This document shows, one piece after another, positions 30,719 to 40,132 of a DNA stretch of 64,000 nt. This stretch comes from Promethearchaeota archaeon (GTDB taxonomy: Archaea > Asgardarchaeota > Lokiarchaeia > Sigyniarchaeales > SOKP01), in the NCBI GenBank assembly GCA_019058245.1, contig JAHPZJ010000019.1, positions 34,371 to 98,370 of the forward strand, given 5' to 3'. The notes beneath the pieces are model-generated. The model worked only from the letters and a program-made list of their open reading frames with translations, was not told the origin of the DNA and did not search any database. Position numbers and translations under genes: made by a program. Every line of letters starts with the position of its first letter. Within the stretch, counting starts at the first letter, position 1.

Positions 30719-31723
30719 TTATAGATTAATTATCAATAAAATAATTAGGGAAATAAAGATTATCATAAATAAAGAGATTCCCATTAATAACATTATCTTT
30801 ATACTTCTTGTTGAGAAGGTTTTCATTTCTTTCATATTTGCAATTTTATTATAATTCTCGATCATGTCATTGATATTTTTGATATAGGTACGACAGCCTG
30901 GACTGTCGGCAATATAATGCTGAGCGAAGGGGAAACACAACGCCTTGCATAGTTCCGGCTCGGCTAAATCTGGGAAAAGTGTATTAAACTCTATGTGAAT
31001 ATCCTCAATAGGAATTTCTAAAGCTTTTTCAACTTCAGCAGGATCAAATATTACGGCAAGTGTATCATCTTTATTATCTGAAAATTTTTTACCGTGACCA
31101 ATCGATGTATTTCCTATTACCCAAAGGGGTTGATCAAGGCTGCGGATTTTTCCATTGGTAATATTACCCGTTAAGATTATCTGTCGGTCAGTTGTGTCTT
31201 CTTTAAAATCCAGTAGTATTTCTCCCTTTGAGCTAGTCGTATATATAGCATTTTTACTATTTCTATCTGCAACTCCTACTGAAGGGAGAGCAATTATTGT
31301 ATTGCTCAGAATATCGATAAAAATCCAGGATATAAGACCGGTTTCTTTATCTTCCGCAACGAGATATACTTCTAGCCTAGAACCCCAAAAAGTACTTGCT
31401 CGAGTATTGAAAACTCCCATTCCTAAATAGTGATCTGGTTCTTCATCAGCAAAAATTCTGGTCTTTTTCAACTCATAGCGTTCTGATAATAATTTTTTTG
31501 CTTTTTCGATATTTTTAAGCTTAAAGAATAAAAACATACTATAAGGTTCAATTACAAAACCCATGTAGGGAGTCTTTTTTGAAGTCTTAATTAATAGCTT
31601 TTTAAAAAGGGAGCGAGGCAAAAGCCGTTTGAATGTTTGGAAGAAATACAAAAAGCTAACTTCCTTTGGATCAATTAAGCTTTCCACATTTCTGATAAAT
31701 TTTTCATCATCTATAATTTTCAT
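30719..31723 (-). CDS. Hypothetical protein, acetoacetate-decarboxylase-like fold, C-terminal TM anchor (paralog 2)
   Basis: PYMGFVIEPYSMF, RLEVYLVA, GLISWIF; same length (334 aa) as paralog 1 and colinear with it. Confidence 0.55.
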   Translation of the reverse strand: MKIIDDEKFIRNVESLIDPKEVSFLYFFQTFKRLLPRSLFKKLLIKTSKKTPYMGFVIEPYSMFLFFKLKNIEKAKKLLSERYELKKTRIFADEEPDHYLGMGVFNTRASTFWGSRLEVYLVAEDKETGLISWIFIDILSNTIIALPSVGVADRNSKNAIYTTSSKGEILLDFKEDTTDRQIILTGNITNGKIRSLDQPLWVIGNTSIGHGKKFSDNKDDTLAVIFDPAEVEKALEIPIEDIHIEFNTLFPDLAEPELCKALCFPFAQHYIADSPGCRTYIKNINDMIENYNKIANMKEMKTFSTRSIKIMLLMGISLFMIIFISLIILLIINL

Positions 31724-31859
31724 ATTTTATAAAACCTTCAAAAAAAAAAATAATTCCCTATATTAAAGTATTTATCAAATTTTATATTAATGATAATAAT
31801 TATTGATGGAGGAAGAAAAATATTATTTTAATAAACTCAATTTTTTCACTTAATTTGTG

Positions 31860-31883
31860 AAATCAGAAACAGAATTTACTTTT
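31860..31883 (+). repeat. Imperfect direct repeat, copy 2 (AAATCAGAAACAGAATTTACTTTT)
   Basis: 22 of 24 positions identical to 26316-26339. Confidence 0.6.
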
Positions 31884-31933
31884 TTAATCCTAATCCATTT
31901 GAGATTAAGAAAAAATTTGAAAAAATCGAAATT

Positions 31934-32497
31934 TTAGTATCTTGATCTTTCTCTACCTATTGTAGAATGACCACCATGCCCTGGATATATTTTAAACTCA
32001 TCCGAAATATTGTTATAATTTAAAATTTTTTTAATACTAGCTATTAAATTATCATAATTTGTAAGCTGCCATGGTATTCTACCACGCAATAGTGTATCTC
32101 CGGTAAAGATAAGCTTATTTTTATAATCTATCAACATTATATCACTGTTAGTGTGGCCTGGAGTTTCAATTACATGAAGAGACTCTATTCCAATTTCAAT
32201 CACATCATTTTCCTTAATAAAATGAATATTTTCAGCTTTTCTTATCCCAAAACTATTGATTAATAGCGGAATATTAAAATAATCCATGATATCAAACGCA
32301 CATTGAATATGGTCATGGTGTGGATGAGTACCTATTAAATAAACTGGTATATAGCCTTCTCTATTAATTACGCTTATAATATTATGTGAATCAATTCCAG
32401 GATCAATAATCCCAACTTCTTTTGTATTATCATCACCATAAAGATAACAATTAGTTCTAAATCTACCACTCACTATCAATCGGTTTAAAATAATCAT
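31934..32497 (-). CDS. MBL-fold metallo-hydrolase (glyoxalase II-like)
   Basis: TNCY, IIDPG, THPHHDH, TPGHT, FTGDTL, YPGHG. Confidence 0.92.
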   Translation of the reverse strand: MIILNRLIVSGRFRTNCYLYGDDNTKEVGIIDPGIDSHNIISVINREGYIPVYLIGTHPHHDHIQCAFDIMDYFNIPLLINSFGIRKAENIHFIKENDVIEIGIESLHVIETPGHTNSDIMLIDYKNKLIFTGDTLLRGRIPWQLTNYDNLIASIKKILNYNNISDEFKIYPGHGGHSTIGRERSRY

Positions 32498-32805
32498 TAA
32501 TCACTGATTTAATCGATATTTATAATTTAAAAAAACTCTACTCAATACAAATAGTTTTTTCGAAATTAAAAATTATTAAAAATTTTACTTATTTTCAACC
32601 ATGATATATTACCTTGATACTAAATTTAATATCTCATTTCTCCTAGTAGACAATTTCTAATACACCTTAGTTTATTCTTTCTCATCCAAAATTTTTTAAT
32701 TTTGAGATTTCTTTTAATGTATATTAGATTATAATTATTGAAAAAAAAATATTGATTTTAGAGAATTTATTCAAGTACACTAAAAAATTTTAAAACTGGG
32801 AAGTA

Positions 32806-34179
32806 ATGGTATTAGAGAAATTAGGTAGATCACTTGACACGGCAATAAGAAAGCTTAGAAGACTTCCATCAGTAGATAAAGCCGCGATTGATGGACTTAT
32901 TCAAGAATTGCAGAGATCCTTACTAAGTTCAGACGTAAAAGTGGAATTAGTGTTCGAGATGACAGAAAATATTCGAAAAGAAGCTATGAATACTAAACTC
33001 CAGAAGGCAAGACGTAGAGATTTTATTATTAAATTAGTACACGATGAGCTTATTAAACTATTAGGTGGGAAACCTGCTCCTATAAGAATAAAACCAGGGA
33101 AAAAGAATATTATTTTACTTGTTGGGATTCAAGGTTCAGGAAAAACTACTACAATTGCAAAGATAGCAAAATACTACAAAAGCAAAGGTTATAAGGTTGG
33201 AGCATTAACAACTGATACATGGCGACCTGGAGCTTATGAACAATTAGTGCAATTATCAGAACAAGTAGGTATAAAGTGTTATGGAAATCCTAATGAAAAA
33301 AATGCTATTAAAATTGCAATTCAAGAGACTAAAAAGGCAATAAATGAAGGGAATGATATTATTATTACAGATACTGCCGGGAGACATAAAGAAGAAAAAG
33401 AATTAATGAAAGAAATGGCTATTCTTGAACAAAAATTAAAACCAAATGAAATCATCTTAGTAATTGATGGCACACTTGGGCAACAGGCATATAATCAAGC
33501 AGAAGCATTTGCCCAGACAACTAAGGTAGGTTCTATTATTGTAACTAAATTAGACGGGACTGCTAAAGGAGGTGGTGCTTTATCGGCATGCTCTGCTGCG
33601 AACGTTGGTATACGTTTTATTGGTACTGGGGAAAAAATAGATGATTTTGAGGAATTTGAACCCTCTAAATTTGTAGGAACTCTACTTGGAATTCCTGATA
33701 TTGAATCATTAGTTCAAAAAGTACAAGAAGCTGAAGTTGATATTGAACCCGAAATGGTTAAAAGGATGATGCATGGTAAATTTACTTTAGATGATTTATA
33801 TCTCCAATTAAAGAGTATAAAAAAAGTAGGTAAATTTAAGCAGATATTAGCTATGATGGGTGGTGGGAACATTCCAGATGCATTGAAAGAAGATGCAGAA
33901 GCAAACCTCGCAAAGTGGGAGGTAGTTTTAAGTTCTATGACACAAGAAGAGAAAAATGAACCAAAAATTATAAAAAAAACCAGGAAAAGAAGAATAGCAA
34001 TTGGTTCAGGTGTTGAGTATTCAATTATAAATAAAATGCTTGATCAATATAATCAGATGAAGAAATTTATGAAAAGATTTCTTCAAATGCAAAAAAAGGG
34101 AAAGGGCATGCCGGGAATGCCAGGATTACCTGGTGGAAAAGCTGGAGCTGATTTTATGAAAAAATTAGGTAAATTTTAG
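32806..34179 (+). CDS. srp54: Signal recognition particle 54 kDa protein
   Basis: GIQGSGKTTT, DTWRPGA, DTAGRH, TKLDGTAKGGG; Met-rich M domain (SMT.EE, RIAIGSG). Confidence 0.97.
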   Translation: MVLEKLGRSLDTAIRKLRRLPSVDKAAIDGLIQELQRSLLSSDVKVELVFEMTENIRKEAMNTKLQKARRRDFIIKLVHDELIKLLGGKPAPIRIKPGKKNIILLVGIQGSGKTTTIAKIAKYYKSKGYKVGALTTDTWRPGAYEQLVQLSEQVGIKCYGNPNEKNAIKIAIQETKKAINEGNDIIITDTAGRHKEEKELMKEMAILEQKLKPNEIILVIDGTLGQQAYNQAEAFAQTTKVGSIIVTKLDGTAKGGGALSACSAANVGIRFIGTGEKIDDFEEFEPSKFVGTLLGIPDIESLVQKVQEAEVDIEPEMVKRMMHGKFTLDDLYLQLKSIKKVGKFKQILAMMGGGNIPDALKEDAEANLAKWEVVLSSMTQEEKNEPKIIKKTRKRRIAIGSGVEYSIINKMLDQYNQMKKFMKRFLQMQKKGKGMPGMPGLPGGKAGADFMKKLGKF

Positions 34180-34213
34180 AAAATTATCTTTACTAAAAAT
34201 ATATTTGATTAGA

Positions 34214-34867
34214 TTGGTAAACTTCTTAATTTTACAAGAAAAAATAATTGACTATAATAAAAAAACCATAGATAAAGGTCTTACACCTCAAAAAGTTTAT
34301 GAAATATGTTCTTGTCTTAGAGAAGCTTTCTGCTTATCTTATTCTATAAGAAAGAACAATTCTTTATATTTATATTTTCAAAAGGAACATGTTTTAATAA
34401 AGTTTGAAGGAAAAGAATTACGATATTTAGGTCCTGATGAGAGATCTCAAGCTTTGCTATTAGAGAAGGTTTTAAGGAAAGTAAAAAGTGAAAGTAATAC
34501 TAAAAATGATTCATGGTTAAAATCAACGCCTGGAATTTTTATTAAAAAATTTTTGAATGATTTTTCTTTTATGGCTTTTTATAAATCAATAGCAATCGGA
34601 ACCAGCTTTTTAATAATAAATAACACTCAAATTGAAGAAGATATAGTAGATGATTTAATTTTAAATAAACAGATTTTTGATATTAAAGACGATGATTTTT
34701 TCATCATTCCAACTTATACCATAACGCAAGAAATTTCTAATATTATTGAATTATTCAAAAAATCAAAAAATACAAAACTTTTATCTTTTTCAAAAATTAA
34801 AGATGTGGAAGATATAATTTTATATATTAATTTTAAAAAAGATCAACAAATAAGACTCGAAAAATAA
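34214..34867 (+). CDS. TrmY-like SPOUT protein (tRNA pseudouridine-54 N1-methyltransferase-like), C-terminal SAM knot degenerate
   Basis: AFCLSYSIR, LRYLGPDERS and STPGI are TrmY signatures; GDH and SLG motifs not seen. Confidence 0.7.
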   Translation: MVNFLILQEKIIDYNKKTIDKGLTPQKVYEICSCLREAFCLSYSIRKNNSLYLYFQKEHVLIKFEGKELRYLGPDERSQALLLEKVLRKVKSESNTKNDSWLKSTPGIFIKKFLNDFSFMAFYKSIAIGTSFLIINNTQIEEDIVDDLILNKQIFDIKDDDFFIIPTYTITQEISNIIELFKKSKNTKLLSFSKIKDVEDIILYINFKKDQQIRLEK

Positions 34868-34875
34868 AAGTAAGA

Positions 34876-36267
34876 ATGATCCTAAAGAACGCAAAAATTT
34901 ATTCTGATGGCTTTCTAAAAAAGGGAGCTTTGCTTCTCAATGAAGGGATTATAAGTAAAATTAAATTTAATGCTCAGGAAAACGATTTAAGAGAGTTAGC
35001 CAAAAAAAATCCCGATAAAAAAGAATTAGATTGTCAAAATAAATTAATATTACCAGGTATAATTGATATTCATTCTCATTTACGAGATATGGAACAGAGT
35101 GATAAAGAAACTTTTACAACAGGTACTCAAGCAGCTGCATTTGCGGGAATTACAACTGTTTTTAACATGCCAAATACAAAGCCTCCAGCAATATCTGCAA
35201 AACAAATAAGAAAGTGGTTGGAAAAAGCGGAAAGAAATATTTTTATTAATGTAGGTTTTATATCAGGGATTCCAAAAGGATTTAATTACGATGAAATTTT
35301 AAAAATTATTGAGTTAGGAGTAATAGGATTTAAAATATATCCGCTTAACTCTTTGAATGGGATTGACTGGACTGATTCATTAAATATTCAAAAACTTCTT
35401 AATATCTCTTATAAATTTCAAATTCCAATATTCATCCATCCTGATTGGCCACTCTCTGAAGGGAAAAGAGCAGATCTCTATCAAGAATTCATGCTCAAAA
35501 GATATCCTTTTTTAGAATATCATAATAAATTATTTCCGGTTTATACAGAAGCTAAGTATGTTAATTTTATTCTCGAAAATTATTATAAACTAATTACTGA
35601 TAATAATCTTGATCCTGAAAATTATCCAATTATTCATTTTTGCCATGTAAGCTGTAAAGAGAGTTATTTGCCAATACAAAGAGCTATACAAATGAATTCT
35701 AAATTGAAAATTACGTTTGAAATAACACCTCACCACTTACTTTTATCAAATGAACTTAAATTAAATAATCCATATATTGGTAAAGTCCTACCTCCTCTAC
35801 GAGATAAAGAAAATTCTTCATACTTATTTAATGAATTAAAGGAGGGCAAAGTAAATATTATAGCAACTGATCATGCTCCCCATACTAAAGAAGAAAAGCA
35901 AAATGAATTCGATGCGTTATCGGGATTTCCTGGTTTTGAAACGTATCCACTAGTGATTCTTGAGAAAGTATTTAAGTACCGGCTTTCAATTGAAAATTTC
36001 ATTAAAGCAGCGTCAGAAAATCCTGCTATAGTTTTTAAATTGAAAAATAAAGGATTTATTAAGGAAGGCTATGATGCTGATTTATTTATCGTTGATAAAG
36101 TTCCTGATTATAAAATAAATCCCCAGATTTTTAAAACTAAAGCCAAATTTTCTCCTTTTGAGGATTTTGTCACCTCTGTTAAAATTTGGAAAGTATTTTT
36201 AAGAGGTATTGAAATTAATAATGATGTTTCTGCTCCAAACGGAAACATTATTAGAAGAATTCTATAA
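34876..36267 (+). CDS. pyrC: Dihydroorotase (type I)
   Basis: PGIIDIHSHLR, MPNTKP, HFCHVS, EITPHHL, PPLR, ATDHAPH. Confidence 0.9.
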   Translation: MILKNAKIYSDGFLKKGALLLNEGIISKIKFNAQENDLRELAKKNPDKKELDCQNKLILPGIIDIHSHLRDMEQSDKETFTTGTQAAAFAGITTVFNMPNTKPPAISAKQIRKWLEKAERNIFINVGFISGIPKGFNYDEILKIIELGVIGFKIYPLNSLNGIDWTDSLNIQKLLNISYKFQIPIFIHPDWPLSEGKRADLYQEFMLKRYPFLEYHNKLFPVYTEAKYVNFILENYYKLITDNNLDPENYPIIHFCHVSCKESYLPIQRAIQMNSKLKITFEITPHHLLLSNELKLNNPYIGKVLPPLRDKENSSYLFNELKEGKVNIIATDHAPHTKEEKQNEFDALSGFPGFETYPLVILEKVFKYRLSIENFIKAASENPAIVFKLKNKGFIKEGYDADLFIVDKVPDYKINPQIFKTKAKFSPFEDFVTSVKIWKVFLRGIEINNDVSAPNGNIIRRIL

Positions 36268-36326
36268 AATATAAATGTATGAAGGGTATAATTATACATA
36301 AGTCATGTGATTTTTAAAGTATTAAA

Positions 36327-36959
36327 ATGTCTGATGAAGAAAAATTTAGCTTAGAAAAGGGGATAATTTTAGTCAGATTCGCTAGAGAGAATATCGAATT
36401 TTTTTTAAAAAATAATCGAAAGATTCCTGTTCCAGATCGTATTAAAGAAGAATTTGCAGATAACTATGGTGCTTTTGTCACATTAAATAAATATAATGTT
36501 AGTGGAAACCCATTGAGAGGGTGTATAGGTTATATTGAACCAACATATTCTTTATATGATGTTATACATAGAGTATCAATAAGCGCAGCTATTGAAGATC
36601 CACGATTTCTTTCAGTTACTATAGAAGAAATGGATAATATAGTTATTGAATTATCAATTTTAACACCCCCTAAACTTATAGAAGTTAATGATCCGAAAGA
36701 TTATATCAATAAAATAGTTATTGGAAGAGATGGTCTTATTGCAGAGCGAGGAATGCGACGGGGATTGCTTTTACCGCAAGTACCGATAGATCAGGGCAGA
36801 AATTGGGATGTTGAAACGTTTATTTCTCATACATGTTCAAAAGCGTGGTTAGATAGCAATGCTTGGAAAAAAAAAGATACAAAAATATACTCATTTCAAG
36901 CTATTCTATTCGAAGAGGAAAAACCACGGGGAGATGTGATTAGAAAGTATCTCATGTAA
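36327..36959 (+). CDS. AMMECR1-domain protein (TIGR00296 family)
   Basis: GAFVTL, LRGCIG, DPRF, ELSILT, GLLLPQV, KA.L. Confidence 0.93.
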   Translation: MSDEEKFSLEKGIILVRFARENIEFFLKNNRKIPVPDRIKEEFADNYGAFVTLNKYNVSGNPLRGCIGYIEPTYSLYDVIHRVSISAAIEDPRFLSVTIEEMDNIVIELSILTPPKLIEVNDPKDYINKIVIGRDGLIAERGMRRGLLLPQVPIDQGRNWDVETFISHTCSKAWLDSNAWKKKDTKIYSFQAILFEEEKPRGDVIRKYLM

Positions 36960-37069
36960 AAGAGATAGTACTTTTCATATTAGAATGTGAAAATAATTAG
37001 ATTGATTTATAAATATTAAAAAACCCAAGACACGTGATTTATTATTTTCTGCCCTTGGATTCAAAAAAA

Positions 37070-37804
37070 TTACATAATTTTATTCTTTAACGCATATAAT
37101 GCACTTCTGGTTGATTCTTTAGCTTGTTGCTCTGTGACCATACCGATTGTTACTGCACATATATTATGATTAGAAATATATTTATATGCTGTTTCTGGTT
37201 CAATCTTTCCTGCTGCTAATGTTTTCATCGCAATAAAATGAAAACTTTTATTCTTGTCAACTATTTCTTCCAATTCTTCAGCATTTCCCATTAACATTCC
37301 AATCGAATTAAATGGAATTAAAAAAGTTTTAACATTTAAAGAATTTTCTATACAATATTTCAATGTAGGAATTGGATCATGCGTTGCGACACCTGAAATT
37401 ATTCCATTACTAGTGATTTGGTCCAAAAGTTTTACCAAATCTCCTCCCCTAACGTCAGAAACCATCCCATGCACAAAAATTAATTTAGCGCCTATTTTTA
37501 CTAAAGTATCAATGCCTGAATTCTTATCTGGATAAGTAGAACCTGTTATAACATAATCACTATGCATTTCACTCATTGTTTTTGCTGCTTCAACAATCTT
37601 TCCAATTGGTATTACCTCAATACCTCTGGCCCCTTCAATATAACTGGCTTCTAATATCTCTAATATCGCTTTTGGATTGTTTAAAAATTTCCTTTGCCAT
37701 TCGATTGCTTTATATCCGAATTGACCTGCTCCTATAAATGGAGAAGTTCCTGTGGAAATAAGAGGGATATTTACATCATCAATTTTACAAAAAATGTTAA
37801 ACAC
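37070..37804 (-). CDS. Aldo/keto reductase-like TIM-barrel protein
   Basis: GTSPFIGAGQFG, GVATH.P, PFNSIG.LM, IAMKTLAAG, VTIGM. Confidence 0.65.
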   Translation of the reverse strand: MFNIFCKIDDVNIPLISTGTSPFIGAGQFGYKAIEWQRKFLNNPKAILEILEASYIEGARGIEVIPIGKIVEAAKTMSEMHSDYVITGSTYPDKNSGIDTLVKIGAKLIFVHGMVSDVRGGDLVKLLDQITSNGIISGVATHDPIPTLKYCIENSLNVKTFLIPFNSIGMLMGNAEELEEIVDKNKSFHFIAMKTLAAGKIEPETAYKYISNHNICAVTIGMVTEQQAKESTRSALYALKNKIM

Positions 37805-37989
37805 TTCTTTTAATTATAAAATAAATATAGTTCAGTTTGTTCTATATTTTTAATATGGGAATTATTGAATTTTAATTAAGTTCACATAAAATATAATCTT
37901 CAAAAATCATATTAAATCAAAAAAATTATTATTCTTAAAAAGCATTTGAAATTCACTTTTGATTTCTATTCAGTGAAGAGGAGATTAGA

Positions 37990-40068
37990 ATACAATCTAT
38001 AAATGGCATTATTTGTAATGCATTAGGATTTTATAATAAAAATTTAAAAATAATCGAAACATTAAATTCTCTTCTTTTTCGTCATATAATCACGAACCAA
38101 GCAAATTCTCTTATTCTTTTTGGAAATATAAATGAAAGTAATTCAATTTCTATAACAGAAAAAATAAAACTTATCGATTTGATTTTAAATATCACCCCGA
38201 ATAAAATCCCTATTATTATTGGTGTCTATGGTAATCATGCTGATGATGTTTTAGAACAAATAGAGTATTTAGGAAAGAAATTTGAAGTTCTAAATTTTAT
38301 GATTTCTCCACCCTTTTCTGAAAAAAAACCAAAAGAAATTATAGATTCTTACTTTGAAAATATTCTAAGTTCAATAAATGTTAAAAATCAGATTTATTTA
38401 ATTAATAATCCGCTCCAATTTGCTGGAAATGAAATCGAACCAGATTTATTAAAAAACTTAATGGAATATGAGAATTTGAAGGGATTAAATGATTCCTTTT
38501 ATAATATCAAAAACTGTAAATCGTACATTCAATATTTAAATAACCAATTTTCAGTTTTTTGTGGAATGGAGGAAAATGCTCAAAGTTTTTTGCAACTTGT
38601 TCCGGTTAATCAAAGAAAATTCTGTGGGATAGTCTCTAATATCAGTAATTTAGTCAATATGAGTTCAAAATTATATAATTATGCGTTAGAAGATAATATC
38701 TTAGATTTGTTGCAATTGCAAGAACAAATTAATGATATGCGAAAAATGATTTATGAAATTAAAACAGATACGGATGAAGAATTAATTGGATTAAAATACG
38801 CATTTCTATATTTATATAGAGACGTTATTTTAGAAACAGATAAAGATATAAAGTTAATTTCTGAAGAAATTCGTAATCAAATTAACCCAATTAGTAAGGA
38901 AAAAATCGAGGCTATCGTTAATTCCTTATTAAATAACAAACATATTTATCGATTATATCATGTTGGCAAAGGAGATTTTTATCAATTCGATGAAATCATA
39001 AAAACTTTTTCTAATTTTGAAGTTTTAGTTAAACAAGGTAAAGTGAAAAAAATCAAAGAACCTTATGTTTCTGATATCAATACCCTTAATAGAGTAAATT
39101 TTGAAAATAATCAATTAGTTTTTAGATTTCGCACCGGTCAATTAAAATCAGTTGAAAATTTAATCAAGGAAAAACTCTTATATCCTTTTTTAGATAAGAC
39201 TTTAAATCCTGATGATTTTGAGTTAAGAAATAAAGTGAAAGAAATCATCAATACAAAGACAGGTTCATATATCTTCAATAAAGATAAACCTCCAATAATT
39301 CCTGTTTGTAATTTACTTTACTATGATGAAACTCAAGAAATAATTCCCTATCTTTTCTCAGTAGAAGAGTATATTCGAGGAAAACCTTTATCTCAACTAA
39401 TCAATCAATATACTAGCGAAGGAAAAAATTTAAACACAACTAAATTTCTGAATTTATTCAGTACATTGGGAGAACATCTTGGAAACTTACATAAAATAAA
39501 ATTTGATACGTTTTATAATAAAATTATCAATATCGGAAAAACTAAAGATGTATCATACGGTGAATTATTTGAAACTGAATTAGAACAAAAAATACGTGAA
39601 GCTACAAAAAATCAATTAGATTTTTCTGATGAAATAAGGAAATATTATCAAGATAATAAGGTTTTAATTGAAGATGAAAATGAGTTTGTAATTTTACATA
39701 ATAATTTTCAAAGTGAAAACATTATTGTAAAAGAAGAATCAGGGATGATAAACATTAAAGGTTTTGTAGGTTTTGATTATTGGAATATTGGTAATAGAGC
39801 TCAAGAATTTATCAAAATTGATTATTGGCTCTCAAAATTTTTGAATTTCCCTTCATTTTATAATGCTTTTTATAATGCATATTCTAAATATCATAAAGTA
39901 AATAGTGATTTTAAGAAAAAAATAGAATTATTCAAATTAATCTGGTTATTAGATAAATATAATTTAGAATATGATTTAATAAAAAGGTCAGATCAGAAAG
40001 AACTTCTCAAAACGCTAAAATTATCATTAGAAAGCAATATAGATGAAATGAAAGTCATAATTCGATAA
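37990..40068 (+). CDS. DapA/DHDPS-like TIM barrel fused to an APH/choline-kinase-like domain, both apparently inactive; probable ATA start at 37990
   Basis: Upstream in-frame NGII...LILFGNINE is a DapA-type N-terminus; IIIGV, SPPF, NNP, KGLNDS. C-terminal half has EEYIRGKPL, LGNLH, LHNNFQSENIIV, GFVGFD. Confidence 0.7.
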   Translation: MQSINGIICNALGFYNKNLKIIETLNSLLFRHIITNQANSLILFGNINESNSISITEKIKLIDLILNITPNKIPIIIGVYGNHADDVLEQIEYLGKKFEVLNFMISPPFSEKKPKEIIDSYFENILSSINVKNQIYLINNPLQFAGNEIEPDLLKNLMEYENLKGLNDSFYNIKNCKSYIQYLNNQFSVFCGMEENAQSFLQLVPVNQRKFCGIVSNISNLVNMSSKLYNYALEDNILDLLQLQEQINDMRKMIYEIKTDTDEELIGLKYAFLYLYRDVILETDKDIKLISEEIRNQINPISKEKIEAIVNSLLNNKHIYRLYHVGKGDFYQFDEIIKTFSNFEVLVKQGKVKKIKEPYVSDINTLNRVNFENNQLVFRFRTGQLKSVENLIKEKLLYPFLDKTLNPDDFELRNKVKEIINTKTGSYIFNKDKPPIIPVCNLLYYDETQEIIPYLFSVEEYIRGKPLSQLINQYTSEGKNLNTTKFLNLFSTLGEHLGNLHKIKFDTFYNKIINIGKTKDVSYGELFETELEQKIREATKNQLDFSDEIRKYYQDNKVLIEDENEFVILHNNFQSENIIVKEESGMINIKGFVGFDYWNIGNRAQEFIKIDYWLSKFLNFPSFYNAFYNAYSKYHKVNSDFKKKIELFKLIWLLDKYNLEYDLIKRSDQKELLKTLKLSLESNIDEMKVIIR

Positions 40069-40132
40069 TGTAATAAATTCTTTTAAATAACTAATATATA
40101 AATTTTTAAAGGTAGAGTTATATCATTTTGGT

